From positions 17,980,001-18,044,000 of the forward strand of contig CAIIXF020000001.1 of the NCBI GenBank assembly GCA_903813345.2: a stretch of DNA of 64,000 nt. The letters run 5' to 3'. The translations under genes were made by a program, and so were the position numbers. This stretch comes from Owenia fusiformis (taxonomy: Eukaryota). Shown here one piece after another: positions 24,301 through 38,976 of this stretch; position 1 is the first letter of the stretch; each line of letters opens with the position of its first letter. A model generated the notes under the pieces. It made no database searches. It worked only from the letters and a program-made list of their open reading frames with translations, and had not been told where the DNA came from.

Positions 24301-27300
24301 CCGTAGAACTACTTCTTTTCTATGGTACCGTTTGTTCATGCTAAAAACCAAAATGTATGGGAAAATTGTATTCCAAAATCTCATTTTGTTCGCAAATGAA
24401 AATCAATACTTTCGTCCTCAAAGTAATATATTGTTTGACTCCAGCAAATTAATAAAGTATTATTTGAAATAATTTATTGATAGCAATCAGTAGTGATCAA
24501 ACAGAGACCGGCATTTGAAAGACAAAGACATCCAATTTAGAAAATATTATTCATATATATTTTATTGTGTCTACATCTAATCTCTTAAAATTATGAAAAG
24601 TAAAAACACATAGGTTTTCTCAAATTATCAAATTATTTTAATTATAGTATTATCCAAAAGCTAGTATTAAAGAGAAAAACCAACTGACCAGAGAAATAAC
24701 GGAATAAGAATATATATTTATTTTTTTAATATTCTGTAAGTAATCATAATTTATCTTTGTTATTTCTAAAGAGAGCTAAGTTTGACATAACTCATCGAAA
24801 TTTTTATTTAGAAATTTACGCATTGGTTGTACTGTGACTCTCGGATCATATCTGAAGACATGCATAATTCAAAAAGAACTGTTAAATTCCAACGGTTTGT
24901 GTTGTTGCATATTTTTTAGATTATTTGAATTTTTCTCAGTGTCATATTTACATGTTGACACAATCAAGTGTATACTTTTCCTGACTTTTTGTGGAAAAGA
25001 TTGACGGATATGTGGATCGAGGTCGACGTAGGCCATTTGACGCTCTTATGGACTATACGCTTGGATTTTGTATAAGCTCTATAATATTCTTATTCCATGC
25101 TTGAATATGTAATTTGTTTCTTTGTTCGTTGGTCATAGTTGGGATATTGAGGTATGTTCTTGTAATTAGTTATGCTCTTTTTTGCTATTAATATATGTGT
25201 AATACTCGATGGTGTTTTCCATTTTGGACCTTTGCTTACATTTTCTTAATTATGTCTACTTTAAGTCTATGATAAATACTTTTATAAGTCCCGACGATCA
25301 TTTAATATGCATGTTTATAGGATTGGCCGTCACTCTTGCAGGTCATAGTCTCGATTTTGGAAAAGGCACATCTATTTTGAATTGTTATAAAAGCCAATAT
25401 TCTTTGTAAACTGATAAGTCAGAATTTCAATGCTGTATAACTGTTCGAATAAGTGCCAAAAATGTTTTAGGTCGTTTTGTGGCAAATACAAATTCACAGA
25501 TGCACTGTATTACGTTAGTTATATTGATATATGCACCAAACCATAACGATATTTCCAATAACGGCTTTTGAAATGACAGTGAACAAATTATCGATAACCG
25601 ATAAACCGATGTCTGGATAAAATACAGCGCATGCCATACAAGGAACCTGTTCAATCAGTTGATAGTGAAATATACTGCACAATCGGAAAGTTCAAGGAGT
25701 AGGGTCAAGATAATAAAATATAATTCATTCATTTTTATGTTAGCTGGAGGACTTGTCGATACTTTGAAGCACTATAGCGAGCAGGTTTTATTTGTCTTGT
25801 TTGATACCAAGGATATCGGAAATATAATTTATGAATATTAAAACCGAAATGTTCAAAACACATACAGATGTATCGGTGTCAAAGCATTGCTAAAATCTTA
25901 AATATCACCTTGAAGTGTCCGCTCCTTCAAACGAACAGTGTTTACAAACATTGTACATCATGTTTATCAGGGTAAACTTAATCAACGTTTGCAGACGTAA
26001 TTTCTGTGTAGACTCCGGGGATCAGTAAAAAGCTCCATACGACTTTTGTCTGATTAGAGTGTGCCAGAACTGGTATGCAATTATAGTAAGTCATCTGAAC
26101 TCGAACACTAATGGTACAAGCATATCTAAAACTTTGATTTATTATATAACACAGGAGGGTTTCAAGTTTTAACTAAGGTTTACTGTTATTGGAATGCCTT
26201 TCTCTACAAATAGCTTCTTAGACATTTGGTACACGTAAGATAAAGTAAATCAAAAGGTCTTGCAAATGAATATTTGCAGCCTTACAATAAAAGGATGAAA
26301 TATTCAAGAGCGATAAATAGTATAAGGTGTTTTCTTTCGTCATATTATCCCACACCTGTGTCCTTATCCTGGTAAAAAGGAATGCTCTTGGGTGTCCACT
26401 TGATATGCATTCTTTTTATAATGACATCTACAAAATAAGAACATAAAGAGGATTTCTAAATACTAAATACCAACTCAAATTACCAATGCGAACGTTTTGC
26501 TCTATCTTTCATGTGGTGATACTATACATGTATGTAGGTAAAATATGTATATTTTAATTACTATATCGAATTATAGCGTGCAATTGTTACATGTATTGAT
26601 ACAGAATAACGTTTGTATATCCCTTCGTGTCAGACATAACACCTACACGTAGTTTAGTCTAGTTTGAATGTATGTCGACTTAACTTTAGGCATGTGAGAC
26701 CAATTAGTATTTATTTGGTTTTAGCCATAGATCTTACTCAAAAATATAGTCCGGTTTAAATATGTTCTTTATTTATCAACTACCGATATGACTATGATGA
26801 ATTCAAACGTTTTCTTGATTTAAATAATACAATTTCGTTGTTTCCCCTTTGACGGTGGCCACTATCATGGGTTAACCATGAAACCAAGATGGCCGCCAAA
26901 ACTTCTCACAAGTGTTCCATTTTTCTCATAATGCAGCATAAAAAAGGCATAAATGGGCCATAATTCTGCCAATAATGTATTGAAAACGTTATTTTATTGT
27001 TAAAGGGAGTGTACTTAGTTCATTCTGCATAATTGACGTATTTGTGAATAACCTGCACGTGCTTTTTAATTAAAAGTTAGAATGATGTACGGTTGTGAAT
27101 AGAAAACAGGACCTTACAACAGATTACCGTCAATTATATGACCGCCATTAGATTTGATTGAAGGCCACGATTTAGCTCATACTCATGCATTTTATATTTT
27201 TAGTGCAAACGAATTTAATTTAATTTAACCTTTCATAAGAATTGGGCAGCGAACTGAATAATATATTCTTGAAGAAAATATAACTTTAATTATAACAATC

Positions 27301-30300
27301 TCGTACCTAATATAAGACGGTTTTATTTTGTTCTTTGTCCAAAATGCAAGTTGAAATGGTCAATTTTTGGAGAAGTAGGTGATGTGTTACACAAACTTTT
27401 CTCATCAGAAAGTTTTGTATCAAAAAGCATTCGTTGAAAACATTTGGATTGATGAAACAACCAAACACTCGATACTTTCCAAAGCTAGGTAATGACTAAG
27501 AAATTACATTTAATTTTTCCGTTCTTCGTACTTTTTCCGTTTCTACCCCGTTTAATATAATTCCAGTGCAGGTTGTTATTAAAATTTTAAGCTCTTTTGT
27601 CAAAATGGACGTAGTTTTATGTAAATTTCAGTTAATATTCTTTAAAACCTTGTTTTTGGCCAAATGACTCCCTGATAATAATGAAGTACAATACAATTGT
27701 TATCAACAATTGTATTTCATATTACTTCAGCTTGTTTTTATCAAGAAGAACCAATTAATGATATAATCTAGGAATCAGGAAGGCTACTAATTCCAAAGTT
27801 AAGTCTCAAGACAAGTGTTTCTGTGTGTCGTGTGTGTGTATGCATCTACAGATTCACCGCTTGACATTGAGATATTCCTCGAATCTTTCTGTTTTTAACT
27901 CGAAATAATAAGGCCATGATTTCTGTGCTGTTTGTTGACAAATAAATTATACTTAAATTAATATTTTACTTTTCTATAGATTAATAATTGATATAGAAAT
28001 GATATATTATTTTCATGTTTGCCTTGCGAATAGCGATGTAGTTTGCTGTTATTTATGATTGTACTTTTGCTCAATGTATCTACCTTAAAGAGAGAATCAG
28101 ATCTAGCCAGCAAGCTCAACAAATATTGTTTCAATTTTAGATTTTTTGGCTTATATAATTCCTTGTTATGTCTATTTTATGTATTTTTATATAACCTCTT
28201 CTAACAATTTAAACACCCCCCCCCCCATTTTTGCAACTTGATTCCTAAACAACTTCACCAATTCAAAATATATCATGGACCGCTTTGAAGATATTGAATC
28301 TGTGATTATAAAGAAACATTGGTAGGTCAATTGTACATTTTGCTTGCATTTTTTTCACCCACTATACATCTGATTTGGCCTTTAAGCGTATTATTTCAAA
28401 TTGCGTCGGCTGTTATATGCATGGAGCATGCACGAGAATTTCCTTGCGTGCTTTTTTCACCTAAATTTGTCTAGATTATTACCAGAGTACGACATGTCGA
28501 TGCATTGTGTGAATACTCTAACTCAAAATGAATTATTTGCTATATTATTGACACTTTAATACTCGATGGTTGTAGATAATGAACTATTAATATGTTGTTC
28601 TCGTAGTGGCAGAGAGATGGTATCGTAAGATTACAACATTCTCATTCCAATATTGTTCAATGTCATACATATTGTTCATAATATTGTATATAAAATAAAT
28701 GAATTTTATCATTTGATGTTTCATGGGTCGCGATGAACTTTTAGATATAACAGTAGCAGGTTTGGATTTGATATTGATCATTGCAATTTTTTGTTTCAAG
28801 GTTTTTCCTTCATGTTTACGTATTATTGCTTTTGCATCTGTAATCCAAATATATGATTCGTCACTGTAAATATAATACAGGGATGAATAATATCATGACT
28901 GGCCACTAGGGGCAGCACCTGTCAGAGCCAATACGCTGCATCTCGTCTGCTAATACAAGAGCAGTTCAATTACTCAAGCCGCCATCTTGAATCGAGATAA
29001 CAAGCTTTAAGATAATGATGTACTGCGGATGTCATGTTCTCCAGCAAAATACATGCATTTTGGCAAATATATAGGTGAGGTTCTTTCACGACACAGAGAG
29101 TAACTTTGCGTGGTAAGCTGGGTCGGGTTGACACACATTGTGCGTCTATGAATACAGAGGACCCTAGGCCTCAACAAGGAGGCCTGTTTTTAAAACACAC
29201 TTGCTATCATATTTAACTCTGAATGTTTACTGAAAATGATATTATATACAACCTTGAGCAGGGAAAGTTGAACTATATTCAACTCAACTATTCATAATTG
29301 CTTTTAAGTATTATTTAGTGTAACAGATGTTATTCGCCAAATTCTTAAATGTTGTTTCTGTTAACATACCATCCAGTCCTCGAGTTCTGATTCCCTTCTC
29401 ACGCCAGAACATGCTAAATAACACGGTGACATGATTTAGGGAAGACGCCTGAAAGGATAAACGTATAAATCTCCTTGTAATCTTATTTTCTTGTGCATTT
29501 GCTATGTGATGAAAACCACCGGGTGGTGGCATTAACTATGTTTCAAATATATCAGAGATTGCGATATCCCTGTTTCGACATACGTAAGTTGTACAAAATC
29601 CTAGAATTATGATGAATAAGTGCCTAATCAGAGGTATATGGCCCTATATTTCAAGGGCTATTTAATTCGAAGCAAAACGAACCGATGTTCCGCAAAATTG
29701 AAAAGATAGTAAAATATAAATTTCTCCATTATCAAAGTTCAAGATTGTTGTAATAGGCACTTCTAGTTTACAATTGCTATGGAATCTAAGGATTTATGCT
29801 TCAATTTTGATATAGTTCTTATAAGTTATCTATTTTATGCATCTTTTATGCTTCTTTAAGGGTTGAGTTTCGATAAAATTTCCTTGGGATAATTGTAGCC
29901 TGAGGCAGACCTATCCGGGGAGTAAATATCCTATCATAACTTACCATAAACTTCGTACTAAAACACGTCTGTTCCATTTGTATCCAACTATATTTTACAA
30001 AGTAAACCTAATTTTTCTTTTTCAGTTTCCATCGTATGTCTCTAGAACCGCTTTCGATATTTATTAAAACTATTCTGAGCAAACACTTTTAATATAAGTA
30101 AAAATTCAAAATGGACTAATAATATCCGCATTCAAATTGAAGAAACCACAAAATATTCATGAATCCAACGGCAACCACGTATTTCAATATATCATAGATC
30201 AAAACTGACTTTATGAAGCTTATATTTCAACATACTAATAGCTCAAATTAATACACTCTCCTAGTTTGATTTTCATTTATAAACAAGGACCGATCATTTC

Positions 30301-33300
30301 GGCCATATTTGTTTGAATTAACTCTTCCAAGATCAGATGTTTATCTTGGGGTTGTCTAGTAATAGGTCGGACGATATCGATGACACGAAGTGAACCAGTT
30401 ATTGCGACTCCATCGGATGCTTAACGCCAAAAGTAAGTTTTGAGTCTAAATGAATACACAAGGCTTGTCTGTTCAGTATTTCTTTATTCACAGAAAACGC
30501 AAATTATTATTAAAGAATAAAGTCATCTAAGAAGCTAAAGAAGCTTATTGGGACCCTTTTTGGAATTTTAATAAGTAGTTGCTAAGATTCATTACGTGCC
30601 ACACTTTCATTTCCAAAATTAAAGACTATATATATATTGGAGTGTCTAAAATAACCCGCAACGTTGATCATCCTAAACAAGATCTCATCTAAAATAGGAG
30701 AAATACACGTACGTGGAATTTTCCAACGTGTGTTTAATAACATACATTCGAAGCATCATCGATTGAACAAATGAAATCGATTTATCCATATACCTCCACG
30801 CACTGTAGATCTGCTTAATTTTTTGTTTAGATGGTAACAATTACTTTTACATTTTCAAATGTTCCCTCATCATTAGACTTTCAGTGAGTGCAAAACATTT
30901 AAACGATAAGCTGACACGTATATCAGCTATCGTGTTACCCATATGGTTGTGATTTTACGCACAATGTCACATTGTATACGTTAGTTTATATATATACATC
31001 ATTGAATGAATACGACTGTATCTTTTTTTCATTTGTTTGTTGGATATTGTGCACGATGAAAATTAGTATTCACGTATTATTGTTGCTTGGGTTGTCTAGA
31101 CAAATGTTCGTTCATCAAACAATTTAGCATCTTCAACATCGTATCACAATTACGTTCAGTAAAAAGATGCATATTATACAGTATACGTGTATACAATGCT
31201 CGAGCGATAAATCTTAAACTTAATACGCCCATGGTCCTCGAGAGTAATAGCCATGATATTTATACAGTAATACATCGTTGGTTTCTATATACATTTCTTC
31301 TTACATTAAATTAAATGTCCCATTACTTTGATTTATAAGATCCCATTGCCGCAGATTATACAACTGTTACAGCAAATATGATCACAGCCAATACTTGAAA
31401 TTGAATGCTAATATTTATGAGGACGCCTGTGGGACCTTCAATTTATTTAGATGTATCATATAGGCCTGCACATTTTTATGAAGTTCATGATGTGTACATT
31501 AGATATTTTGATATCGCGTTGATCATCTGTGCAATTTTTCCATGTTCAACTCATTATTAGACTAGTACAACATGTATCCAATTCCGCAAATATAATTGTC
31601 TTATAATATCAATTATACTCTTTCGTTATGGTTAAGATTTATCATTGATATGTGAGCAAGGTTAAAAATACAAGATTCCCGAGCGTATAAATAACGGAAA
31701 ATACAAACGGCCATATTGGATAGTTTAGTGTGTGGCGACGTCTATACACAGATGTTAAAACTATTCTTATGGGTTTCCGCCTCGATTATGGTTACTCTCT
31801 AAAGATAACGAAATTTAAGAGATGAGATTACGGGTTGTATTTATCTTAACATGTTAACTTGCGCATAACTTTGATGCATATTATGGTTACATTTTCTTTC
31901 TCACTACTTCCATCTATACGGAGTATTTTGAACGTCAAATAATCATCAAAAATAAAATTGGCATTAAACTATCATAAAAGGCTTCTCATAAGCATATTAC
32001 CAACATAAAACACACCGCATAAATATTTGAGAATATTGATTTATGACAGATTGAAGTGTTTTTTCGAAATAAAATTCTAGTTAATGTTGCCAGACAGAGA
32101 AAGCTCTTCGCATTAATACTGTACAGACAGAATTGCGGATACATTTTCTAAATTGGAATGTGAGAATGTAATCTGAGATACCGATCTGGCATTATACTAA
32201 AGATATATGCTTTACAATCTTTTTGAACAACTTATGTTTGAATTATAAATAGTTGAATGTAGGCACTATACCATGCGAACATATATTAATTTCTATTTAA
32301 AACCATTGACATTTCAAGGCTGTAAATTACAGTTTGTATAATCTCACTGAATGCTTGATGTAGAACAGACTGTAGTAAACATAGCAACCGTATTATGTTT
32401 ATGGTTATTCCAGATGAAAGAGTCTTTGTAGATCATCAGAGATTCAGATTTACTTCATGTATATTTCCTCTCTGATTTGAGCCACAAAGGTAGCATCCAT
32501 AGCCATAGTTATGAATACCACATTTTTAAGTACACATGTATGTCATCGTAAATAATACTTTATTTGTTCTTAGTTAAAGTGGGGTTATCAAATATACTTG
32601 TGAATGTAGGTCATATAGTTTAGCTCAGAGTTAAGGTCCATTGTAAGCTACAGTGTACAAATTATACACGGTAAACTGTTAGAATGATGGTGAATGATGG
32701 AACCTCAAACTAACATGTTTTTTTCGAGATATTACATATCTATATAGTAATTAGCCTTTTGATTGTATTAGTTATTGCTTGTAAAACGTTGATGATCTCA
32801 TTAGTGGTACATCGGGGATAATTTAGCTTTTTATTCATTGCGGGTTATGTATAAAATGACTCTAATCGATCTAAGAACAGAACGTGAAAAAAGTCTTAAC
32901 ACCGATTTTATATCTTATTTATAATCATTCGCAGTCCAATTATACCTGCTGAAATTCGATTTTTATGTAGATCAAGTATTTCTGAAATGGAAAAATGTCT
33001 CTTCATAGAATATAAAACTTAAATCAATTAGTCAATGTTTTCACAACGTTCGACACAACAATTAATTACTTTTCATGTATAGTTGTGTACATTTTGTACT
33101 AATATGGTTTGTAGGGATTTGCTCTTACGAGTGTCATTTTCATCTGTTGATTGGATTTGAGCTAAATGTGTCATTTAGTTATTTTGATTATATCTAATTT
33201 CTACCAGTTCAAGTTACCTCCAGTATGTCTATCGTGTCTATGGACGTTCTCGCATCCCGATGCATTATTTATCATTACAGAACACATTTAGTGCTAGGCG

Positions 33301-35582
33301 ATTCCTGAGACTTTAAATAATAGACATAAGAAGTGTACTAATCAGCCATTGTCCGATGCCTACGTCCCATATGTCTCAACCTAATCACGAATAGCAGCAA
33401 TGCTTTAATTTAACTAATTATATTGGGACCAATAAAACAAATCCTTGCGAAATTACTTTTTCCATGTTCAGTTTCAGATCTTATTTTAGAACCGACATTC
33501 TCGCTGGTTTTGTCAGTTTCAGTTGCCATGTCAAGATAAGACCAATAAATCATTATGGATCGCCAGGCAATTAAGAATTTTGACAAAGAAAGATGAAAAT
33601 AGTGCCACGATTGCGTATAAATCACAATTTTGTGGTTAATTTTTTATAAAAGTATCATATTTATTGGTCAAATATGACATCGGTTAAATTGTTTCAAAAG
33701 CAATCTAAAATATACGGTTTATTTCACCCCTTGTTTGACCGCTGGATATAATATGTCATTGTTTAAAGTTGAACAATTCGGAAAACTCAGATCCAAACAT
33801 AATCCAAAATAGGACACTTGGTAAATCTTATTCAATTAGAACCAATTTAATCAACAGTATAAGATGCATAAATGTCTAATTCTTACCAAGAATGTACAAA
33901 TCTACTCTTATGATATACAATCATAGTAATATTCCTGGATTGTAAATAAGGCACGAAAAGAAATAAAAAAAAATACCCATGAATTTTTTTCTAAAAGTCT
34001 CAAAGGGTTTTGAAAACATCTACGAGTGAAATAAAAACATTTACAATTGTAAAATGCACTAGACGTGAAATGTATACGTTAAGAAGAGAACGTCAGTTGA
34101 AACCTAAGCCAAATGTCCAAATGTTCATAAAACCTATCAGTAGATTAACACCATGGGTTTAATTTCACCTTTATTTTTGGATCTCATTGTGGACAAAAGT
34201 GCCATTACTTGCCAAGTAATGGAATTAGAACATTTGTAATTGATCACAAAACGACCGCCCAGCATACATTTACAGTAGTTAAAGAACAATTCCCTGGCAT
34301 ATTGACCTAATTTATCTCGAGTCCAGCAATTATATCATTATATCATTACAATATATGTAATTAGAGGTGTTTGAGAGGAATACAAAAACATATACATGTT
34401 TTTATAATATCATGAGAATTATTAGCTGGTGGGATAGTATGCCGTGGGGTGTGTCGATATTCAAGACTATGACAGAAGTAGTTGTTTTAGAGTTTATACT
34501 TCAAGTTTATAGGACCAATGATTCGCTCATGTTTTCCTTTTGTAGTGCTCATAGTGGGTTTTCACAGCAGTTTCACCTGGATGTTGCCCTGTACGTCATC
34601 TTGGAATACAAATGTGACACGCTGAATGTTAGAACTAATTTAGAGCTCCTGAAATATTCATTTCAGAAAGTAGTTCAAATCATTTGGGATATGGGAATGG
34701 TACACTAACCAAAATAGCAAATTATTTATGAGTTCCAAAGGCACAGAGTGAGATGTCTTATACTAATAATTGACCCAACTCCATAGCTTATTAAAAGGCC
34801 AACTTAAACTTTTGAGATAATCAGAATAGAAATGGATACTGAAATTAAAAAAGTTGAATTTGTTTACTCGGATATTGATAGACTGGTACTATGAATCTGG
34901 TTAACCGATAGCATAACTCATTAGATGAAGTAATTAAACAAATTTGCAATAAAGGAAATGTTCAGTGTACATGGATAACATGAGACTCCATGTAATTTGA
35001 CATACATGTAAGCCGTACTGTCCTTTTTAACAAACAGACAAGACAAATAGTAAGAATTGATAAGGATACGAAAAATATATTGCATTAGATATTGCATTAA
35101 ACATCACAACTTTTGTCATCTTCCCATTACATTGTCCCTAAGTTTACCGGGATGCAAAAATGTTCAACTCGGTTGAACAAATGAAAACCCTGATATTCCC
35201 GGTGAATTCAACAGCAGCACAGTGTTTATTATAGGGCCCTGTGTCGATGTCTTCATTAGACTATCAAGACTTTTAAATGTTATGAAGGCAAGCATGCGAT
35301 ACCATAGCCTTTATTGTCGTATTGTCATGTACAAACATCAAAGCGTCTAAATATTTTATAGACGACCGTGAGTTGGAATGTAAGACCACTTGGAGAAGGG
35401 TTATACAGTCACAATATAAGAAATATCAGATCAACTAGTGGTTGGTGCTAAACACATCTAATTAATGGAGGTTTGACCATATTCACACCATATAACACTG
35501 TTTTATATACCATAAACAACAATAACAATTAATTAATAGCCCATTTTAAAATACTACCATGCTAGATCCGCGGAGGGATATT

Positions 35583-35615
35583 TCAGTTGCTGCGAGTAGG
35601 CTTACAAAATGGCCG
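35583..35615 (+). promoter_or_regulatory. Candidate Lox2 core promoter (Inr-like TCAGTT plus YY1/Pho-like CAAAATGGCCG)
   Basis: TCAGTT at 35583-35588 and CAAAATGGCCG at 35605-35615, about 450 bp upstream of the ATG in a TAAT/TTTAT-rich region. Motif match only. Confidence 0.3.
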
Positions 35616-36044
35616 TGGTAATTAATTATGAATTCATAGAAACTGTGACCTTTATCTAAAAAGTTGGCAAATTTTAACAAGAAGTGAAGATAACTATTTT
35701 CTATTTGTCTTCAATTAGTCTTTGTTATTATTGAAGTCACGGTGAGATGTATTTTGATAGAGCAGAAACGTATACTGTTGAAATATTTTTATTAGCGCAA
35801 TATCTTCCGATAGGTGTGTGTCAGTGTCAGAGTTCATCTCTACACATCAACCACAGCCGCAGTTTTATTGGTTGACATAAAACGAAGTATGTATCAGTTT
35901 ATATGCGGAGTTTATAGCTGTGGGAGCAATAATCTGCATTATTATTATTCTTAAAGGCGAAAATTATCTAGGAACTTGCGTTTAGATATTGACTCATATA
36001 CTTTGTGGATTTTAGTGGTCATATTAGTTCAATTTATAGACGAT

Positions 36045-36426
36045 ATGAGTTCATATTTCCCACAAGGCCAGGCCGGTGACATGGGGCCCCACGATGCAGG
36101 ATCGAGTGCTGTTTCGGAAGGGAGTTTTAATCGAGAAAGCTGCACAAGTACCGATTTCAAATCCCCCGGATACGTTGCCCCGGGGTCGAATTACAATGAC
36201 TTTACATGCCGAATGCCAGCAGCCTTTCAATCCAGGACGGGGGAATTTCGAAATGGACTACCAAATAACAATTTTCTAGCTTCACAATATGGCCAATCGG
36301 GACTCGGAGGCCAAGGTTTTGCCGACATTGACTGTGGTTTAGGAACTGCTACCTCGCTAAGTCATTGTTCACCAGTGTCTCCACCCCCACGAGTAACACC
36401 ATTTTACCCATGGATGTCTATAGTCG
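36045..36426 (+). CDS. Lox2: Hox gene Lox2 (Ubx/abd-A-like central Hox), coding exon 1
   Basis: ATG at 36045 opens MSSYFPQG... (the conserved Hox N-terminal SSYF motif). The exon ends ...RVTPFYPWMSIV-G with the YPWM hexapeptide, followed by the donor GTAAGC at 36427 (phase 1). Confidence 0.93.
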
Positions 36427-38976
36427 GTAAGCTACCATTTCAGTTAGTTTAAAGTTTCTAAATCCCTTATGTTGTACTACAGATAAGTTACGACGCTATT
36501 ATTCGCGTCATTATAACTCTCTATAATTACAATTCCCGCAGTTAAGATGGCTTCTTGTGATTTAAAGGTTGAAAGATCACACTGCTCTTTCATCTCAACC
36601 ATTTGGGGTTGTTTATACCATGTCTTGTCCTTTTAATATGTTGATATGCTTTAATTATTCCTACCTGTTCATACTTATTCATTTAAACTTGTATTGAATG
36701 AGTAAGCATGTCGTCTTAATTGTTGTACTTCTGCGGGTATTGTCATGGTGTATCATGGTTGCACCGCAATATTTGAATTGGTTTACTGTAACTGTGCTAT
36801 ATGGATTCAGATTGACAATACGACATCTGATGGGCCAAAACACATAAGAAATCTCGATAACACAATTGAAGCAGACCATATCAGTAAATGACTTACTTGT
36901 GTCAATTGAATATAAACTATCTGCTAAACAGGTCACCGTGCCATCCGAAAGATGCAATTGAGCGATTGGAGTTTACACTGGTAATGGTATAATGTGATGG
37001 TAAGATGCTCCTTGCAGACTTGAGCTTCATGTGGGTGAGAAACCAATGCAGCTTCCTACATGTGCTGGGTTGGATCATGGTTCAGAATATCAGGGGCTAG
37101 TTTTCCCTCAAAATACCCGGGGTTAGTTTTCCTTCAGAATATCGGAGGCTAGTTTTCCTTCAGAATATTGGGAGCTAGTTTCCCCTCGGAATATCAAATA
37201 TCAGGGGCTACTTTTCCATCAGAATATTGGGGGGTCAGTTTTCCATCAGAATATCGGGGGCTACAGTAATTTTCCACCAGGAGCTAGTTTTCCCTCAGAA
37301 TATTGGGGGCTAGTTTTCCCCATGACTTGTCATGGTCCTGGATGTTTCTTTATCGTGCAATGTTTTGTAATGTTCTTTGGTACACTTCTCACCTTGCTCT
37401 TGTTCTTGCATAACAATCAGCATTTTGTGCTTTATTAATACATGTGAATGGTAAGATATGGCTAAAATAAGTGACAGTACTATACATGCAAGAACAGCTA
37501 AACATTCTTTAGTTATCATTGAATTGTTCAAGATTAGTTGACATAGATACGTAGGTCAAACATGTTGTTGACCAGATTTAACTTTCCCTGGCTCTCCATT
37601 GCCATTTTGCACAAACGTCCCATAGCTACTGGCCATATACATGTGTCCATCAATAGTATCAACCCTGTCCTTAACCTCATGTGCTCTGTCGCTATGTTTA
37701 GTTCCCTGGGGAGATTTGCTATAAAATAAGCATAAAATAAAATCATATCACAAACATGGTTTATGACCGAGATAGGAAGATCTCAGAACACGAGCCCCAT
37801 ATCTTGCGCATATGTAAACATTACTAAATGGCCAATACTATCAATTTATAAAAGAAATCGCGTTCAAGTAGGTACCCACCTCGCAACTGTAAAACATCAA
37901 CAAATCAAAGATGATGATGCAAGGAAATATACCAAAATAGCGTCTGTAACAAACATATACAGGTATATTATACACGTTAGTTGAACCGAGCCCAATCTGT
38001 TTAAATATTTTTAAAACTAAATGCTCCCGAAATTCCAATGGCCTGTTCACTTGCCACGATTTTACAACGATTTTTGGGCATTCAGAAGATAACATTTCAT
38101 TCGGGTTGTTCAGGTTGTTCATACTATTCGATGTTTCTCCCAGTCTGTCAGATGATATGCATATTTTTAGGTAAATTTTATTCTTCCGATGTAGCCAAAA
38201 TGGAAAGCATTGCATAAACCAAACCTCCATAAATCATTCACAAAGGCTAAAATACCTGCCCTCCTGTCGACATAAAAAGTGCAATAACTCTTAATTGTAC
38301 TTTTGTGTAATAAATACAATTACACGTTAACATAATTTACATTATTTTATATTACAACACATGCCAATATATTGCTGACCCCTTTTAAATAATGATAAGT
38401 TTTAATGATGCACTTTTTAAAATAACATTGATTTATTATCTTAGTTCCCAAGCACTAGAATTTGGAGAGAAGACTCGTCACACTGTTCACTCTCAAATAT
38501 CCCTCAGTCAACATTTTTATTACTGAAATGATTTATAGCTGAGCTGGGTAAAACTTTAATCAATTATCCCTTTTATTTATTTGATTTATTTCAAAATTAT
38601 CCCATTTTTTACTTTACGACGGTTTAGAATAGTCATTACTCTCGAAACTTTGGTTAAGTTCACTTTGAAGTCAAATGTATAAAGTTGATGTCACCTAGCC
38701 GTAACGGGGAATTTACTAAGTTATGTCTAGTCAATCCCAAATTGTAAACAGATTTGAACATTGGTAGAGTAAATAAAAAGACTCAATCGGTAAGAGAATG
38801 GTTATGGCTACTGACGTGTACAATAGCAAAACTAGTTATTTCAGTTCAAGTTTCCAGTCAAGGTTTTTGTCTTGGCTTCCCTCAAATGCTGACACAAACA
38901 TGTTATATATGATTGCTGTTTTATTTCAAAGTGTAACCAATAACGTAATTATCGCATCTGTTTGCTATTACTTCAG
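36427..38976 (+). other. Lox2 intron (2550 bp, GT-AG, phase 1) between hexapeptide and homeodomain
   Basis: GTAAGC donor and pyrimidine-rich TTCAG acceptor; the frame is preserved; this is the canonical Hox intron position. Confidence 0.9.
37082..37320. repeat. 26-27-bp minisatellite in the Lox2 intron (~8-9 copies)
   Basis: Unit tcagaatatcrggggctagttttcc(c/t) is repeated. Confidence 0.9.

Noticed and set aside
31141-31190. Second ACGTATACTG (minus strand) as an iab-4-like precursor
   Set aside because: The possible stem is too short and poorly paired for a pre-miRNA.
35976-36044. N-terminal 23-codon extension of Lox2 in the ORF track
   Set aside because: It starts at TTG, a bacterial-style start; the conserved MSSYF begins at ATG 36045.
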